A stretch of 28,931 nucleotides of DNA from assembly GCA_002269645.1 (NCBI GenBank), contig NIVC01004996.1, positions 1 to 28,931 of the forward strand, written 5' to 3'. The stretch is from Macrostomum lignano. Lineage: Eukaryota. A model generated the notes under the pieces. The model worked only from the letters and a program-made list of their open reading frames with translations, did not search any database and was not told the DNA's origin. Below, piece by piece: positions 12,349 to 28,931 of this stretch. Numbering within the stretch: the first letter of the stretch is position 1; each line of letters begins with the position of its first letter. A program made the translations under genes and the position numbers.

Positions 12349-12689
12349 CTATCCCCATTGAAAATGCACTAATGTCAGTTTATTTTTCCTCATATCAGCT
12401 TGATTGCGAAATCAGTCCATACGAGCCCTGTGGATGTGAATTGCGTGCGTCACTTGGGGCTGAGATCTGAGGAAAGTTGACCACTGGTTTTGGGGTGGAA
12501 ACTTTAACATGTTGCTGTGTGTATATCTGATATTGGCCTAAATCAAATTTCTCCAACTTATGAATAAATCTCTTGCCAGCACAAAACCGAGCCAAACACC
12601 AATAGGCCAGGGATCTGCAAACTCCGGCCTCTCGTATCCGGGCCTCGGGTCCTTTGGAACTTCAATAGCAATCCGGCCCGCTAAAGGCT

Positions 12690-12868
12690 TGTCCTTGTCC
12701 TCTTTTCACCTCTCTTCTCTGTTCAATTTCTTCTCTTTTCTCTTTTCCCCTCTCCTCTCCTCTCCTCTCTCTTTGCTCCTCTATCCTCTCTCCTATTTCC
12801 ACTCCTATTTCGTCAGTCCTCTTTTCTCCTTTATCTTTATCTTTATCTCCTCTAGCCTCTACTTTCTC
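12690..12868. repeat. CT-rich low-complexity tract
   Basis: Pyrimidine-rich on the + strand, opposite polarity to the tracts at 5.4-7.9 kb. Confidence 0.8.
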
Positions 12869-13281
12869 ATGAGTCGGGACTCGTGGAACAAACTAACTGG
12901 GACTTTCATATCAACTTTCAAAGAAATTCCCATATGTTTAAAGCGATCCCGCGATGCCAAGCATAAAAGGAGCCTGTATTAAAGCTTGAGAAGAGTCGGG
13001 AGAGGAATCGTGCGGGGCCAGTAGGGGGGGGGGGCAGAATGGCAGCTGGCCACTCCAATTGGATGGGAGAATTCTGCAGCAGCCAATGGGAAATTGCCGC
13101 CTGAAACTGCGATGAAGAAGACCCAGCGACCGCGCAGCCTCCCCAATCCCGCGCTCCCAACTCCGTCAAAGCTGGGAGACAAGTGAAATTTCTGCTGCCA
13201 CAGAAGGAATTTTGCTTTCGCCAAGATTGTCGACTCGATTCTCTGAAAGCAGCAGAAATTCTTGAGTTGCACCGGCTCGGA

Positions 13282-28554
<15,273 letters not shown>

Positions 28555-28569
28555 TGAAGAGGCTCATTC

Positions 28570-28575
28570 AATAAA
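28570..28575 (+). promoter_or_regulatory. Candidate polyadenylation signal
   Basis: AATAAA just after the candidate stop codons, where GC content drops. Confidence 0.35.
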
Positions 28576-28931
28576 ACTCAGCATTTCTCTCCCCAACAAC
28601 CCCTTCAAATCCGGCAGATTTCGGCTTCCAAAGCTGCTGCCAGTCACCAACGGGCCAAGGAGCGCGGCATGGAGACTGACCGAATGCCTCATAATGGAGC
28701 TTGGGTGATATCAACCGTTGTCTGACTGACTGTCAAATACTGAGCATTGCTTCGCTTTGTAAATGTAACAGATTTAATTTGTACACGCGGGCAGCCACTT
28801 TTTCTCAAGCATGGCTATTATATTCTGTAGCTCTAGGATGACCCAATCTTGCTACTGATATCAGTATTTAATGGATTTGTAGGCAGTGTTTCTATGATGT
28901 ACAGCTTATCTGTGCGGCTCTCGGCATTGCA

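Larger units (their letters stand above)
10664..12355. mobile_element. Foldback-type (Mutator/MULE superfamily) non-autonomous DNA transposon, 1692 bp
   Basis: Perfect 9-bp direct repeat CATTGAAAA at 10655-10663 and 12356-12364. Termini are GGG...CCC. Left arm is a 14-bp minisatellite (GCCAGCCGACGTTT, ~30 copies, 10671-~11090) plus ~150 bp unique sequence to 11235. Right arm is the reverse complement: 11909-12060 matches the unique part exactly, then ~21 minisatellite copies to 12348. Weaker inverted similarity at ~11282-11310 vs ~11868-11895. No coding sequence recognised in the loop. Confidence 0.9.

Noticed and set aside
10634-12372. Multiple 100-150-aa ORFs (ADVCQPTFAS / GKRRLANVGW repeats)
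   Set aside because: Stop-free translations of the 14-bp minisatellite on both strands; no domain content.

Overview
Animal genomic DNA with no prokaryotic features. AT-rich intergenic DNA, very GC-rich Ala/Gln/Pro-rich exons and dense intronic minisatellites resemble the flatworm Macrostomum; the species is an inference. Left part (1-12.9 kb) is a transposon graveyard: (i) a P-superfamily relic at 1321-3225 with 32-bp perfect TIRs, a THAP relic and a P-transposase fragment; (ii) a frameshifted PHD + FLYWCH-like ORF of probable Mutator/MULE origin at 3498-4251; (iii) GA-rich tracts; (iv) a complete non-coding Foldback/MULE-type element at 10664-12355 with a perfect 9-bp TSD and long inverted arms built from a 14-bp minisatellite. 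Right part (13.0-28.6 kb) is one + strand basonuclin/disconnected-family C2H2 zinc-finger gene. I reconstructed five coding exons: 13282-13323, 21133-21235, 24121 or 24205/24208-24404, 25269-25575 and 26593-~28500. The last exon has about eight inferred same-direction 1-nt frameshifts, most likely long-read errors. The most unusual pattern is that unrelated minisatellite arrays abut almost every splice site of this gene. One array is a literal tandem amplification of the exon-3/intron junction, giving 14 CAG|GT copies. Another is an AG-free array of a branch-point-like motif running up to the next acceptor. Nearly all long ORFs in the supplied track are repeat or antisense artefacts.
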